Both the position numbers and the translations under genes were made by a program. The notes beneath the pieces were generated by a model, which was not told the DNA's origin, did no database searches, and worked only from the letters and a program-made list of their open reading frames with translations. A stretch of 64,000 bases of DNA from an uncultured Syntrophaceae bacterium. GTDB lineage: Bacteria; Desulfobacterota; Syntrophia; Syntrophales; UBA2192. Positions 40,796-50,208 of the stretch are shown one piece after another. The first letter of the stretch is position 1. Every line of letters begins with the position of its first letter. The stretch spans positions 238 through 64,237 of the forward strand of contig CAZPCN010000001.1 in the NCBI GenBank assembly GCA_964585095.1, given 5' to 3'.

Positions 40796-41629
40796 ATGAG
40801 TCTGGACAGAAAAGTATGTTCCATCTGCGCATGGCGCGAGCACTGCCAGAAGCGCTTCCAGGTGGCCACGGACACGCTCTGCAACGTGAACTGTCCTGAC
40901 TACACGCGGGACGTGCAGATCAGGGACAGCGAGGTTGAGGCGCGGATCGTCCAGGAGCAGCTGGACAAATGGCAGCGCGAGAAGGCCACGGAGAACGTGT
41001 TCACCATCACGATCTCCCGGCAGGCCGGCGCCGGAGGCAGCGAAATCGCGCGGATCCTCGCCCAGAAGACCAAGATGGACCTCATGGCCGGTCAGATCAT
41101 CCAGCACGTGGCGGAGAGCTCCAAGATGAGCACCAAGGTCGTCGAAACCCTCGACGAAAAGGCAATGACCACCATGGAGAGCTGGGTCAACTCCATGTTC
41201 GTCTCCCGGCACCTCTGGCCGAGCGACTACCTGAAGCACCTCACGCGGGTCATCGGCACCATCGGCAAGCACGGCAACGCCATCATCGTAGGGCGCGGCG
41301 CGGGCTACATCCTGCCGCCGCAGACGACCCTCCGCATCAAGGTCATCGCGCCGCTCGAGTACCGCATCGAGAGCATGATGAGGATCCGCGGCCTTACGCA
41401 CGGCGATGCCCAGAAGTACATCGAGAAGCGCGACGCGGACCGGATCGCCTTCGTGCGGAAGTACTTCCAAGCCGACGCGATGGACCCGCTGAACTACGAC
41501 CTGGTGATCAACACGGAGAAGGTGGGGATCGAGGGCGCCGTGGACACGATCCTGATCGCGTTCCGCGACTGGTCGAAGAGCGTGGGTGAAAAGAAGCCCG
41601 GCGCCGCGAAGAGGGCCAAGGCCCACTGA
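40796..41629 (+). CDS. Cytidylate-kinase-like family protein with N-terminal Cys-rich module
   Basis: FTITISRQAGAGGSEIARILA P-loop-like segment typical of the Cytidylate_kin2 family. Preceded by CSICAWREHCQKRF..CNVNCPDY. Confidence 0.75.
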   Translation: MSLDRKVCSICAWREHCQKRFQVATDTLCNVNCPDYTRDVQIRDSEVEARIVQEQLDKWQREKATENVFTITISRQAGAGGSEIARILAQKTKMDLMAGQIIQHVAESSKMSTKVVETLDEKAMTTMESWVNSMFVSRHLWPSDYLKHLTRVIGTIGKHGNAIIVGRGAGYILPPQTTLRIKVIAPLEYRIESMMRIRGLTHGDAQKYIEKRDADRIAFVRKYFQADAMDPLNYDLVINTEKVGIEGAVDTILIAFRDWSKSVGEKKPGAAKRAKAH

Positions 41630-41741
41630 GCCCGGTAGGACGGGCCCGCCGCGCAGGGGGAGAAGACCCCCGTGCGGTGCGCGGGGATCCCTGCATGGGC
41701 CGTCGGGCGGCTGCGCCGCAGCGGCGGGAAAGGTATCCCGC

Positions 41742-41978
41742 ATGGAACTGCAGACGAAGACCTGCGAGACATGTCGCCTCAAGGTTGTGTTCGCCCCCTG
41801 CCTCGGGTGCGGGGCGGGGGTGTGTGAAACCTGCGTGCAGTTCGAATTGATCGGCTCGGGCTGCGGGTGCGTGTGGCCCGCCTACTACTGCCCGAAGTGC
41901 GCGTGGGACCCCTATGTGAACCCCAACGCGGCCTTTCGCGACCCGCCGAAGGAAAAGGGAGGCTTCACTTCTCGATGA
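41742..41978 (+). CDS. Small (78 aa) double zinc-ribbon-like Cys-rich protein
   Basis: CETC, CLGC, CETC, CGC and CPKC pairs. High GC3 codons. GGAAAGG lies ~9 nt upstream of the ATG. The 3' end overlaps the convergent OsmC gene by 14 nt. Confidence 0.5.
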   Translation: MELQTKTCETCRLKVVFAPCLGCGAGVCETCVQFELIGSGCGCVWPAYYCPKCAWDPYVNPNAAFRDPPKEKGGFTSR

Positions 41979-42411
41979 CGATCCCCTGCTGCACAATGGG
42001 GACGTGCCCGAGCAGGGAGTCGTTGACGGGACAGCGGCTTTTCACGAACTCGACGAATTCCCGGACTTTTTCCTCGTCCGCGTCCGTCCGGATGCGAACG
42101 GTATAGCGGATCTCGTGAAGCCCCGCCCTCACGCCGTCCTTGCCCCTGAGAAACCCGTCCGGATCGAGATCGCCCTCCAGCTCGACGCGGAAATCCTGGA
42201 CCTGGATCTTCCGGGCCCTGGCGAAGAGGCGCGCCACGATGCACTGGCAGGCCCCCAGGCAGCACAGCAGCATCTCGACGGGGTTCATCCCCGTGTCGGT
42301 CCCCCGCAGCGTCTCGGGCTCGTCCATGAGGACCGTGAACTTGCCCGCGCGGTTCTCCACGGAAAGACCTTCCTTGAGGATCGATTCGGATCGGAACGTG
42401 ACGATCGCCAT
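41965..42411 (-). CDS. OsmC/Ohr-family (peroxiredoxin-like) protein
   Basis: MAIVTFRSES..GTDTGMNPVEMLLCCLGACQ... ATG 42411 is preceded by AGGAGG. Confidence 0.85.
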   Translation of the reverse strand: MAIVTFRSESILKEGLSVENRAGKFTVLMDEPETLRGTDTGMNPVEMLLCCLGACQCIVARLFARARKIQVQDFRVELEGDLDPDGFLRGKDGVRAGLHEIRYTVRIRTDADEEKVREFVEFVKSRCPVNDSLLGHVPIVQQGIVIEK

Positions 42412-42854
42412 GGCCCCTCCTGCGTCATAGTGCGACGATGGAACTCCTGTACAGCAAAATGAGCGGGGAGGCAATCCCGGTTCCTATTTTTTACTTTACG
42501 GATCGATCCAATGAGGTTATGATTTAACTCCGATGCGGCCGACGGAGGGGAAGGCCGCATCGGGGAATTCGAAATAATACCAATCTTATCAGACAGTTGA
42601 CCGGGGGAGGTTCATCGCTCCGCGGTTTCTGTCCTCGTGGTGTATCCCTGCGCAACTGCCGCCCGCGCGGGAGGCGCCGCGTGCCTCTTTTTATCTCCTC
42701 TCCTGCGGAACAGCTCGATTCGAAGGTAGAAAATCCCTCTCTTCCCATCAAGATCCCTTCTTTGAAAAGGGGGGGACCGGGGAGGATTTTAAACGCTCTG
42801 TTTTTTCCTTCGATGCCCCCAAATGACTGATGGGCTCAGACGGGTATCTTGACT

Positions 42855-43391
42855 ATGAAAGATCGACTCGCTGAAATCCTGGGACTGACCTCGAACCCCG
42901 CAGCGCCAAAGCGCGAAACGGGAAACGGCTGGTCCCTGCGCGACCCGTCGCCGGAGAGCATTGCCGAGATCCAGGTCAACCCCCCGACCTTCGGGCTCGA
43001 GGCGGACGCCCGCATCGAGCAGGCCGGCGGCATGATCCCCGACGAGGCCGTCGCCGGGTTCAGGCGGGGAAACGCCTATTTCGCCGTGAAGAACTACGGG
43101 CGCGCCGTCAGCGACTACACGAGAGCCCTGGATCATGCCCCGCGGTGCCCGGAGATCTACTTCAACCGGGCCGTCGCCCAGGAGAAGGCGGGCCGGTTTT
43201 CGAAGGCCCTTCAGGACTACTCCAGCGCCGTCACCGTCGACCCGCAATACGTGAGGGCCTACTGCAACCGGGCGTCCCTCTGCGGGTCGCAGGGGGAGCG
43301 GGACCAGGCCCTGGAGGACATGAAGAGGGCGGCTCGGCTGGGGCTTCGGGAGATGCAGTCGTACCTGAAGTCGAAGGGCATCGACTGGTGA
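42855..43391 (+). CDS. TPR-repeat protein
   Basis: Three TPR-like units (GNAYFAVKNYGRAVSDYTRAL, YFNRAVAQEKAGRFSKALQDYSSAV, YCNRASLCGSQGERDQALEDMKRAA). Start is TTG 42849 or ATG 42855. Confidence 0.75.
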   Translation: MKDRLAEILGLTSNPAAPKRETGNGWSLRDPSPESIAEIQVNPPTFGLEADARIEQAGGMIPDEAVAGFRRGNAYFAVKNYGRAVSDYTRALDHAPRCPEIYFNRAVAQEKAGRFSKALQDYSSAVTVDPQYVRAYCNRASLCGSQGERDQALEDMKRAARLGLREMQSYLKSKGIDW

Positions 43392-43449
43392 GATCGGAGG
43401 GGCTCGGGCGGACGGCCTGGGCCTCGATCACGGGACGAGAGCAAAAGGC

Positions 43450-44307
43450 CTAGAAACGGTACCCCAACCCGGCAAAGACCGCGTGGTTGTCCAGCGAACC
43501 GAGATCCCCGCTTTCACTGGTGTACGTGTACCCCGAGACCGCGTAGATCGCTTTCGTGACGTCGTAGCCGACATTGACGCTGAAGGAATGCCGGTCAACG
43601 GTGTCCTTGACGACGAGTGCGTCGAAAGCGGGCGAGTACCCATATCGATAACCCCGTCCGCGCGCGGGCATCGACGCCGCCGTGATCGTAGACGCCGAAG
43701 TGACAAACGAATCCCCGTGGGCGTACTCGTAGCCGATTTCCGTGAAGAACGCCGGGGTCCAGTTCACGCCGGCCAGAATGCCGACGGCATTCTCGTAGTA
43801 GGAATAGATCTCCTCATTGGCGCTGCTGTTCGTGTAGACGTAATATTGCCCCGTGTAGAAACGGGGGTTCCATCGCTGCGACAGCGACGCGCGGGCACCA
43901 TAGGCGAGGGCCGACTGTTCCGAATCGCTGACCGCCTTGACTTTCAGGAAGGGCGCAACGTTCAGACTCCACACCGGGCTCAGGAAAACGGAAATCCCGG
44001 GGGCGACAAAACCGCTGAGCTGGTTGAGGTCGCTGTCGCTTGCGTAGGCCGACCCCGAGAGCGTAACCCTGAGGGTCCAATCCACCCTCGACTCCCCCGA
44101 CGGCAAGCGGTCGTATGACCCGTAGACCGTGAAGGCCGTATCCGCCTTTGCGTCGTCCAGCGATCGGTTCACGTTGGATTCGTAGCCGAGCCGGGCGCCG
44201 AGATCCCAGTCGAACCCCGAAACCTGCGGGACGAACGCAAGGAGCACGGCCGTCGTCAGCATTGCAATCGAGATGTATTTCCCGACATTCCGGGCAATGC
44301 GCATCAT
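43450..44307 (-). CDS. Outer-membrane beta-barrel protein (hypothetical)
   Basis: Signal peptide, alternating Y/G/S-rich strands, C-terminus ..FAGLGYRF. Start overlaps the upstream stop (ATGATGA). Confidence 0.7.
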   Translation of the reverse strand: MMRIARNVGKYISIAMLTTAVLLAFVPQVSGFDWDLGARLGYESNVNRSLDDAKADTAFTVYGSYDRLPSGESRVDWTLRVTLSGSAYASDSDLNQLSGFVAPGISVFLSPVWSLNVAPFLKVKAVSDSEQSALAYGARASLSQRWNPRFYTGQYYVYTNSSANEEIYSYYENAVGILAGVNWTPAFFTEIGYEYAHGDSFVTSASTITAASMPARGRGYRYGYSPAFDALVVKDTVDRHSFSVNVGYDVTKAIYAVSGYTYTSESGDLGSLDNHAVFAGLGYRF

Positions 44308-44822
44308 CTTCTTCCTCGACCTCCTGTCCCCACGCCGCGGCCCGCACCCTCACCCCGCATGGGGGAACCGAACCCGCCCTTTCGCGAACCGTTCATTCCG
44401 CTGTCCCGCCAGGACGGGGACCCATCCTCGCTGCGGAAGACGAGAACTCTGTTCGAACCAAGAATCAGGACCTCCTGGGCGATCAGGTACAAGTTCCCGT
44501 CCTTGCCCAGAGTCTTCGAACCGCGGACCTGCACGGTCGTCCCGTCCACCCCGTTCCCGTTCAGGTCATTCCAGTACCAGGGCGGGGACGCCAGGACCGT
44601 GTACGTGTCCCGCCCCGACGCGACGCGGAATCGAACGGGCCCTTTCTCGGGGATCGTGACATCGGATGCCTGTCCTCGAATAACGCCCACCGTGTTGATG
44701 TCGAATCCATCCGGGTAGTGGATGCCGCTCTCGGGCAGCACGACGCCGCGCTCATCCGCCGCCGCTGCCGGGAAGGCGAAGAGAAACAGAAACCCCAGGA
44801 GAGGCAGGACGGCACAAGCCAT
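44304..44822 (-). CDS. Exported hypothetical protein with Gly/Arg-rich tail
   Basis: ATG 44822. Signal MACAVLPLLGFLFLFAFPAAAA, a beta-rich core (possibly OB-like; guess only) and C-terminal GGFGSPMRGEGAGRGVGTGGRGRR. Confidence 0.65.
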   Translation of the reverse strand: MACAVLPLLGFLFLFAFPAAAADERGVVLPESGIHYPDGFDINTVGVIRGQASDVTIPEKGPVRFRVASGRDTYTVLASPPWYWNDLNGNGVDGTTVQVRGSKTLGKDGNLYLIAQEVLILGSNRVLVFRSEDGSPSWRDSGMNGSRKGGFGSPMRGEGAGRGVGTGGRGRR

Positions 44823-44847
44823 CCTGCCCCACGATGCAGCGTGCCGA

Positions 44848-45153
44848 TTACCGCTTGGCGGGGGCGCCGTAGCCTGTCCCGTCCAGCGGTCTGTCACCCT
44901 TGTTGCCCGTTCCGTCGCCGGGGCCATAGGCGTTGCCCTTCTTCTGTGCGGATTTGGATTGTGTCTGTTTGCCCTGCTGGTTGCGATGCTGCTCGCGCAC
45001 CTGCTTCTGCTCCATGGATTGCGTCTGCTGGCCCAGGCCCTGACCGCCTTGCCCTCCGGACTTCCCGCCGCCCCGCGCATCCGAGTCACCCGGGAGGGCC
45101 GTTGCGATCAGGGATGCGGAGGCCAGAATCATCAGGAACGATTTGAACTTCAT
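44848..45153 (-). CDS. Small secreted Gly/Gln/Lys-rich low-complexity protein
   Basis: ATG 45153 after AAGGAG. Signal MKFKSFLMILASASLIATALPG, then GGGKSGGQGGQGLGQQ..GPGDGTGN..DGTGYG. Confidence 0.65.
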   Translation of the reverse strand: MKFKSFLMILASASLIATALPGDSDARGGGKSGGQGGQGLGQQTQSMEQKQVREQHRNQQGKQTQSKSAQKKGNAYGPGDGTGNKGDRPLDGTGYGAPAKR

Positions 45154-45185
45154 CGGTCTTGCTCCTTTCCGCGTAATGGTGAAGA

Positions 45186-45200
45186 CTGCATGAGCAAGGC
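45186..45200 (-). promoter_or_regulatory. Sigma-54 (-24/-12) promoter
   Basis: Minus-strand sequence TGGCATCCGCCTTGCT, which fits the TGGCAC-N5-TTGC consensus. It lies ~35 nt upstream of ATG 45153. Confidence 0.7.
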
Positions 45201-45326
45201 GGATGCCATCAAGCGGATTGTTCTCAACCGCTTGAATACATGGCGATATTCGCAATCCGACAGTTGCCGGTCGACCCGGGCGCCGCGCAAAAGCTGCGCT
45301 CGCGGTGCAAGGCTTGCACGGGCCTG

Positions 45327-46655
<1,329 letters not shown>

Positions 46656-46664
46656 GCGCACACC

Positions 46665-47912
46665 TCAGGCTGCGGGAAGCCGGATCTCCAGGACGGCCCC
46701 CCGCGTGTCGTTCCTGTTTTTCAAGTCGATCGTCCCCCCCATGCCGTCGATCACCTTGCGGGCATAGGCAAGGCCCAGCCCCGTGCCGTCGGCCTTCGTC
46801 GTGAAAAAGGGTGTGAAGACGCGGGAAGCGGCCTCAGCGGAGAGGCCCGGCCCCGTATCCTCGATGCGCAACTCGACCCGGCGGCCGCCGCCGGTTGCCG
46901 ACACCCGTATCGTTCCGTCCCGGCCGGCGGCCTCCGCCGCATTGCGGATGCCGTTCGCGATTGTGCGGTAGAGCTTGTCCCGGTCGGCACGCACGAGGGT
47001 GCCTTCCTCGACGAGGACCTCCGCACTCCCTTTCCACGACGCCAGGCCGTCCCGCACGGCTTCGCGGGCGATCGGCGCGAGGGCGACGGGTTCCAGCCGG
47101 TATTCCTCCTCCTTCGAGAACTGCAGCAGTTCGTTGACGAGCGTCTCGATCCGGCCCGTCCCCTGCAGTACGGCCTTCAGGGCTGTCTTCGCAGGCTGTG
47201 CCGCGTCCGTCTTTTCATCGGCCCACTGCACATAGCCCTTGACGCCCGTGATGGCGTTCCGGATCTCGTGGGCCAGCACGGCGGTCATCCGGCCTACGAG
47301 CGTGAGCCGTTCCTTCTCCTCCTGGAGAGCCTGCAGCCTGACATAACGCGTCACCGCCCTCTCGAAGAGTAGCCCCACGGCCCAGAGGAGGACCAGGACG
47401 GAGGCGACGATCCACCCCATCCGGACGGTCCAGGACGAGACGAGATCGGCCTGCGTCGTGTTGAGGATCAACCGCAGCATTTCTTCCGTGCCGTCGGGGC
47501 GGTGAAGGGGGAAATCGAATTCCCAGGCGGGGACCCCTGTGCCGAGGAGGATCGGTCTGCCCGAATCCGAACCGGGATGCCAGTCCCCCATCTCTTGGCG
47601 GATCAGGGTCGCACCGACCCGTGCCGGGTTGGTGTGAAAGAGGATCGTGCCGTCCCGGTCGGCAATGAACGCGTATGCCACAACGCGGTCCGAGAGAATC
47701 TCCCGCACCTGCTCCCGGTCGCTGCCGAACCGCCGGAGCGCGTTTTCAGCGGCAGAGGAAAGCCCCAGGGCGGTGCTTTCCAGGGATTTCGAGGCAAGGG
47801 AGCGGGCGATGACCGCATTCTGATGCGTCACATAGATCAGGGCGGCGGTGAAAAATGCCAGCAGCAGGAACAGACCCGCCCGGAAAGGGAGTAGATATTT
47901 CATGGGTTCCAC
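46665..47912 (-). CDS. Sensor histidine kinase (ZraS/NtrB-like partner)
   Basis: Two TMs flank a ~150-aa periplasmic segment. H-box MTAVLAHEIRNAITGV and G-boxes DTGPGL / GTGLGLAYARK. Start is GTG 47912 or ATG 47903. Confidence 0.9.
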   Translation of the reverse strand: MEPMKYLLPFRAGLFLLLAFFTAALIYVTHQNAVIARSLASKSLESTALGLSSAAENALRRFGSDREQVREILSDRVVAYAFIADRDGTILFHTNPARVGATLIRQEMGDWHPGSDSGRPILLGTGVPAWEFDFPLHRPDGTEEMLRLILNTTQADLVSSWTVRMGWIVASVLVLLWAVGLLFERAVTRYVRLQALQEEKERLTLVGRMTAVLAHEIRNAITGVKGYVQWADEKTDAAQPAKTALKAVLQGTGRIETLVNELLQFSKEEEYRLEPVALAPIAREAVRDGLASWKGSAEVLVEEGTLVRADRDKLYRTIANGIRNAAEAAGRDGTIRVSATGGGRRVELRIEDTGPGLSAEAASRVFTPFFTTKADGTGLGLAYARKVIDGMGGTIDLKNRNDTRGAVLEIRLPAA

Positions 47913-48131
47913 GCGACCGCCTGCTCGAACATTTTCACGCCCTCACGGACCATATAGGGACAACTCAGGGCGGTTGTCAAGGAGAGCCCGACAGAGTAGA
48001 GAAACGGATTGGGCCGCCGTCGCAGCTTTTGCGCTCCCGATGCAGATCCTGCATGCCTCAGAAACAACGAGGGAAATGGCTCCCGGGAAAAACCGCAGCG
48101 ATATCAAACTGCCCGCCGTAATCACGGGTCC

Positions 48132-48147
48132 TGGCATCCCGCTTGCT
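48132..48147 (+). promoter_or_regulatory. Sigma-54 (-24/-12) promoter
   Basis: TGGCATCCCGCTTGCT, identical at 14 of 16 positions to the promoter at 45186-45200. It lies ~70 nt upstream of ATG 48216. Confidence 0.7.
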
Positions 48148-48215
48148 CATGGGAATTCGAAAAGGCGCCGCTTGTGGACGGCGCGTAACGGGTACTTCAA
48201 TCAGGAGGTCTTGCA

Positions 48216-48803
48216 ATGAAAAAGACAATTCGCAGTCTTATGGTGATATCGGGGATGCTGACTGCGGCGTTCTTCGTGTCGGTTGCCCCGGTATCGGCCG
48301 CAGGTCTCACGCCCGCGGAGCAGGCGCAATTGGTCTTTGTTCGCGAAGAAGAAAAACTCGCCCGCGATATCTACAGCGTTCTGTACGAGACATGGGGCAC
48401 CCCGGTATTCGCCAACATCACGGAATCCGAGCAAAGACACATGAATGCGGTGTTGATGCTCCTCGTGAAATACGGCATCCCCGACCCGGCATCGCCGCAA
48501 ATCGGGGTGTTCAGCGACCCGAAGCTTCAGGAGCTGTACCGGCAGCTGGCGAGTCAGGGTCAACGGTCTCTCCTGGATGCCATGAAAGCGGGCGCTCTCA
48601 TCGAAGAGATCGACATCAAGGATCTCCGGATCGCGATCGACGACACGAACAGAACAGATCTGCGAAGGGTCTACGGCAATCTCGAGCGGGGCTCCGGGAA
48701 TCACCTGAGGGCCTTCGCCTCCCACATCGAGGCGCTAACGGGGGAACGCTATGTGGCGCAGTTCCTCGCGCAGGACGAAGTGGACGAAATCCTCGGAAGG
48801 TGA
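48216..48803 (+). CDS. Exported DUF2202 ferritin-like domain protein
   Basis: Signal peptide, then FVREEEKLARDIYSVLYETWGTPVFANITESEQRHMNAV and ..LIEEIDIKDL..NLERGSGNHLRAF, a di-iron-like E..EExH pattern recalled for DUF2202. Confidence 0.75.
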   Translation: MKKTIRSLMVISGMLTAAFFVSVAPVSAAGLTPAEQAQLVFVREEEKLARDIYSVLYETWGTPVFANITESEQRHMNAVLMLLVKYGIPDPASPQIGVFSDPKLQELYRQLASQGQRSLLDAMKAGALIEEIDIKDLRIAIDDTNRTDLRRVYGNLERGSGNHLRAFASHIEALTGERYVAQFLAQDEVDEILGR

Positions 48804-48839
48804 CTTCTTCCCATTCCGGGATCACGCGGCATTTTGAGA

Positions 48840-48868
48840 TTGACATCCGGTACGGGGCGTATTAAAAG
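48840..48868 (+). promoter_or_regulatory. Sigma-70-like promoter for the riboswitch transcript
   Basis: TTGACA (48840-48845), 17-nt spacer, TAAAAG (48863-48868), about 10 nt before the aptamer. Confidence 0.4.
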
Positions 48869-48877
48869 AAACGCGTT

Positions 48878-48970
48878 CTAAAGGGGAGTAGTTAGAGAGG
48901 CAAGGTCAACATGCTGGCGGGAGACCGCCTGGCCTTGCCGTTGGCGAATGCCGATTAGCGAGACCTTTAG
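48878..48970 (+). promoter_or_regulatory. yybP-ykoY (Mn2+) riboswitch aptamer
   Basis: Conserved 5' AAAGGGGAGUAG and 3' ..AGCGAGACCUUUAG closing a P1 helix (48878-48884 with 48964-48970). Located in front of a GDT1/UPF0016 gene, a known yybP-ykoY context. Confidence 0.8.
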
Positions 48971-49008
48971 TGTGACGAATCGTCATGCTGAGGTCTCGCT
49001 TTTTTTTT
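48957..49008 (+). terminator. Riboswitch expression-platform intrinsic terminator
   Basis: Perfect 10-bp stem AGCGAGACCT (48957-48966) / AGGTCTCGCT (48991-49000) followed by 9 T. The left arm overlaps the aptamer P1 3' strand, so the two structures are mutually exclusive. Confidence 0.85.
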
Positions 49009-49081
49009 GAACGGCCTCCCTGGCGATTCCCGGGGCCGCTCGGAACGAGGGGTTGAACTTCTTCCCAGGGAGGCAAAAAAC

Positions 49082-49648
49082 GTGGAAGCTTTATTTCTTT
49101 CGACGCTGATCGTGACGCTGGCCGAGATGGGCGACAAGACCCAGTTGCTGTCGTTTGTGCTTGCGGCGAAACTGAAACGCAGGGGACCGATCATCCTCGG
49201 GATCTTCTTTGCCACCCTGGCCAACCATTTTGCCGCGGGGTACGTCGGCGCGTGGCTGGCCGGCCTCGTTTCCCCTCAAACGCTCAAGTGGATCATCGCC
49301 GTCTCCTTCTTTGCCTTCGGCGCCTGGGCGCTGATCCCGGACAAGCTGGAGGAAAACCGCAACCTCCGGGATTCCGGCGTCTTCATGACCACGCTCGTCG
49401 CCTTCTTTCTGGTGGAGATGGGCGACAAGACGCAGCTTGCCACCATCGCGCTTGCCGCCCGCTACGATTCGCTGGTCGCGGTCGTCATGGGAACGACGCT
49501 GGGCATGATGTTCGCGAACATCCCCGCCGTCTGGATGGGCGAGGCCCTGGCGCAGCGAGTCAACATGAAGGCGATGCGCTGGGTGGCGGCGGCGCTGTTC
49601 GTCGTTCTCGGGATCCTTTCCCTGCTTGCGCCCGTTGCAGGGGCATAG
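49082..49648 (+). CDS. GDT1/TMEM165 (UPF0016) family cation (probable Mn2+/Ca2+) exporter
   Basis: Duplicated E-x-G-D-K-T motif (LAEMGDKTQL and VEMGDKTQL) in two 3-TM halves. GTG 49082 after GGGAGG. Confidence 0.85.
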   Translation: MEALFLSTLIVTLAEMGDKTQLLSFVLAAKLKRRGPIILGIFFATLANHFAAGYVGAWLAGLVSPQTLKWIIAVSFFAFGAWALIPDKLEENRNLRDSGVFMTTLVAFFLVEMGDKTQLATIALAARYDSLVAVVMGTTLGMMFANIPAVWMGEALAQRVNMKAMRWVAAALFVVLGILSLLAPVAGA

Positions 49649-49702
49649 GTTGGGAAGTAGACTTACCTCTCGTGTAGTGGCTAATTTACTCTTTCCATCA
49701 AC

Positions 49703-50161
49703 TTATTCTTTCTTATTTGTGCATTTAATGCACCAGGACTGAGGCATTTCTTTTTTGGCACATTCTTCTGATGTCACATAACAAAAATTCCTGGTCTCAT
49801 TCGTCGGTGTCCACGGTTTACCTGTCGGGCACCATCGGAAAAGAACAGGTTTCCTGTCGACATCCTTATAACAGGCTACGTAGTTCTCATTCTGGGCGAG
49901 AATAATCCCTTTGACGTTTTCGGATTTTTTTTCCGATGGCGGAACAGGTTTTGGTTCGGGAACAGGGGGAACTGCCGGCGGATCTTTATCCATGCATGCT
50001 TTCAAACAATGTTCCATACAGGCCGCATAATCCTTTCCTGAACCATGGCGAGAGCATTTCCGGGCACAATCTGATCCGCAATCCGCCCATGCTTCGGCAC
50101 AGTAGACAAAGAGCATTGCCCAAAACGAAATGAACATGACAACGAAAATCTCTTTTTTCAT
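49703..50161 (-). CDS. Secreted Cys-rich hypothetical protein
   Basis: Signal MKKEIFVVMFISFWAMLFVYCAEA. N-terminal CGSDCARKCSRHG..ACMEHCLKAC, a Pro-rich linker and a C-terminal 6-Cys domain. Confidence 0.7.
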   Translation of the reverse strand: MKKEIFVVMFISFWAMLFVYCAEAWADCGSDCARKCSRHGSGKDYAACMEHCLKACMDKDPPAVPPVPEPKPVPPSEKKSENVKGIILAQNENYVACYKDVDRKPVLFRWCPTGKPWTPTNETRNFCYVTSEECAKKEMPQSWCIKCTNKKE

Positions 50162-50208
50162 TTTACAACCTTTCTTTTAATAATCTCAATAATTCACGAG
50201 ATATGAGA

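Noticed and set aside
42597-42830. 77-aa plus-strand ORF in the OsmC/TPR intergenic region.
   Set aside because: Arg/Gly/Pro-rich with no RBS, and it runs through a terminator-like hairpin. The region is treated as non-coding.
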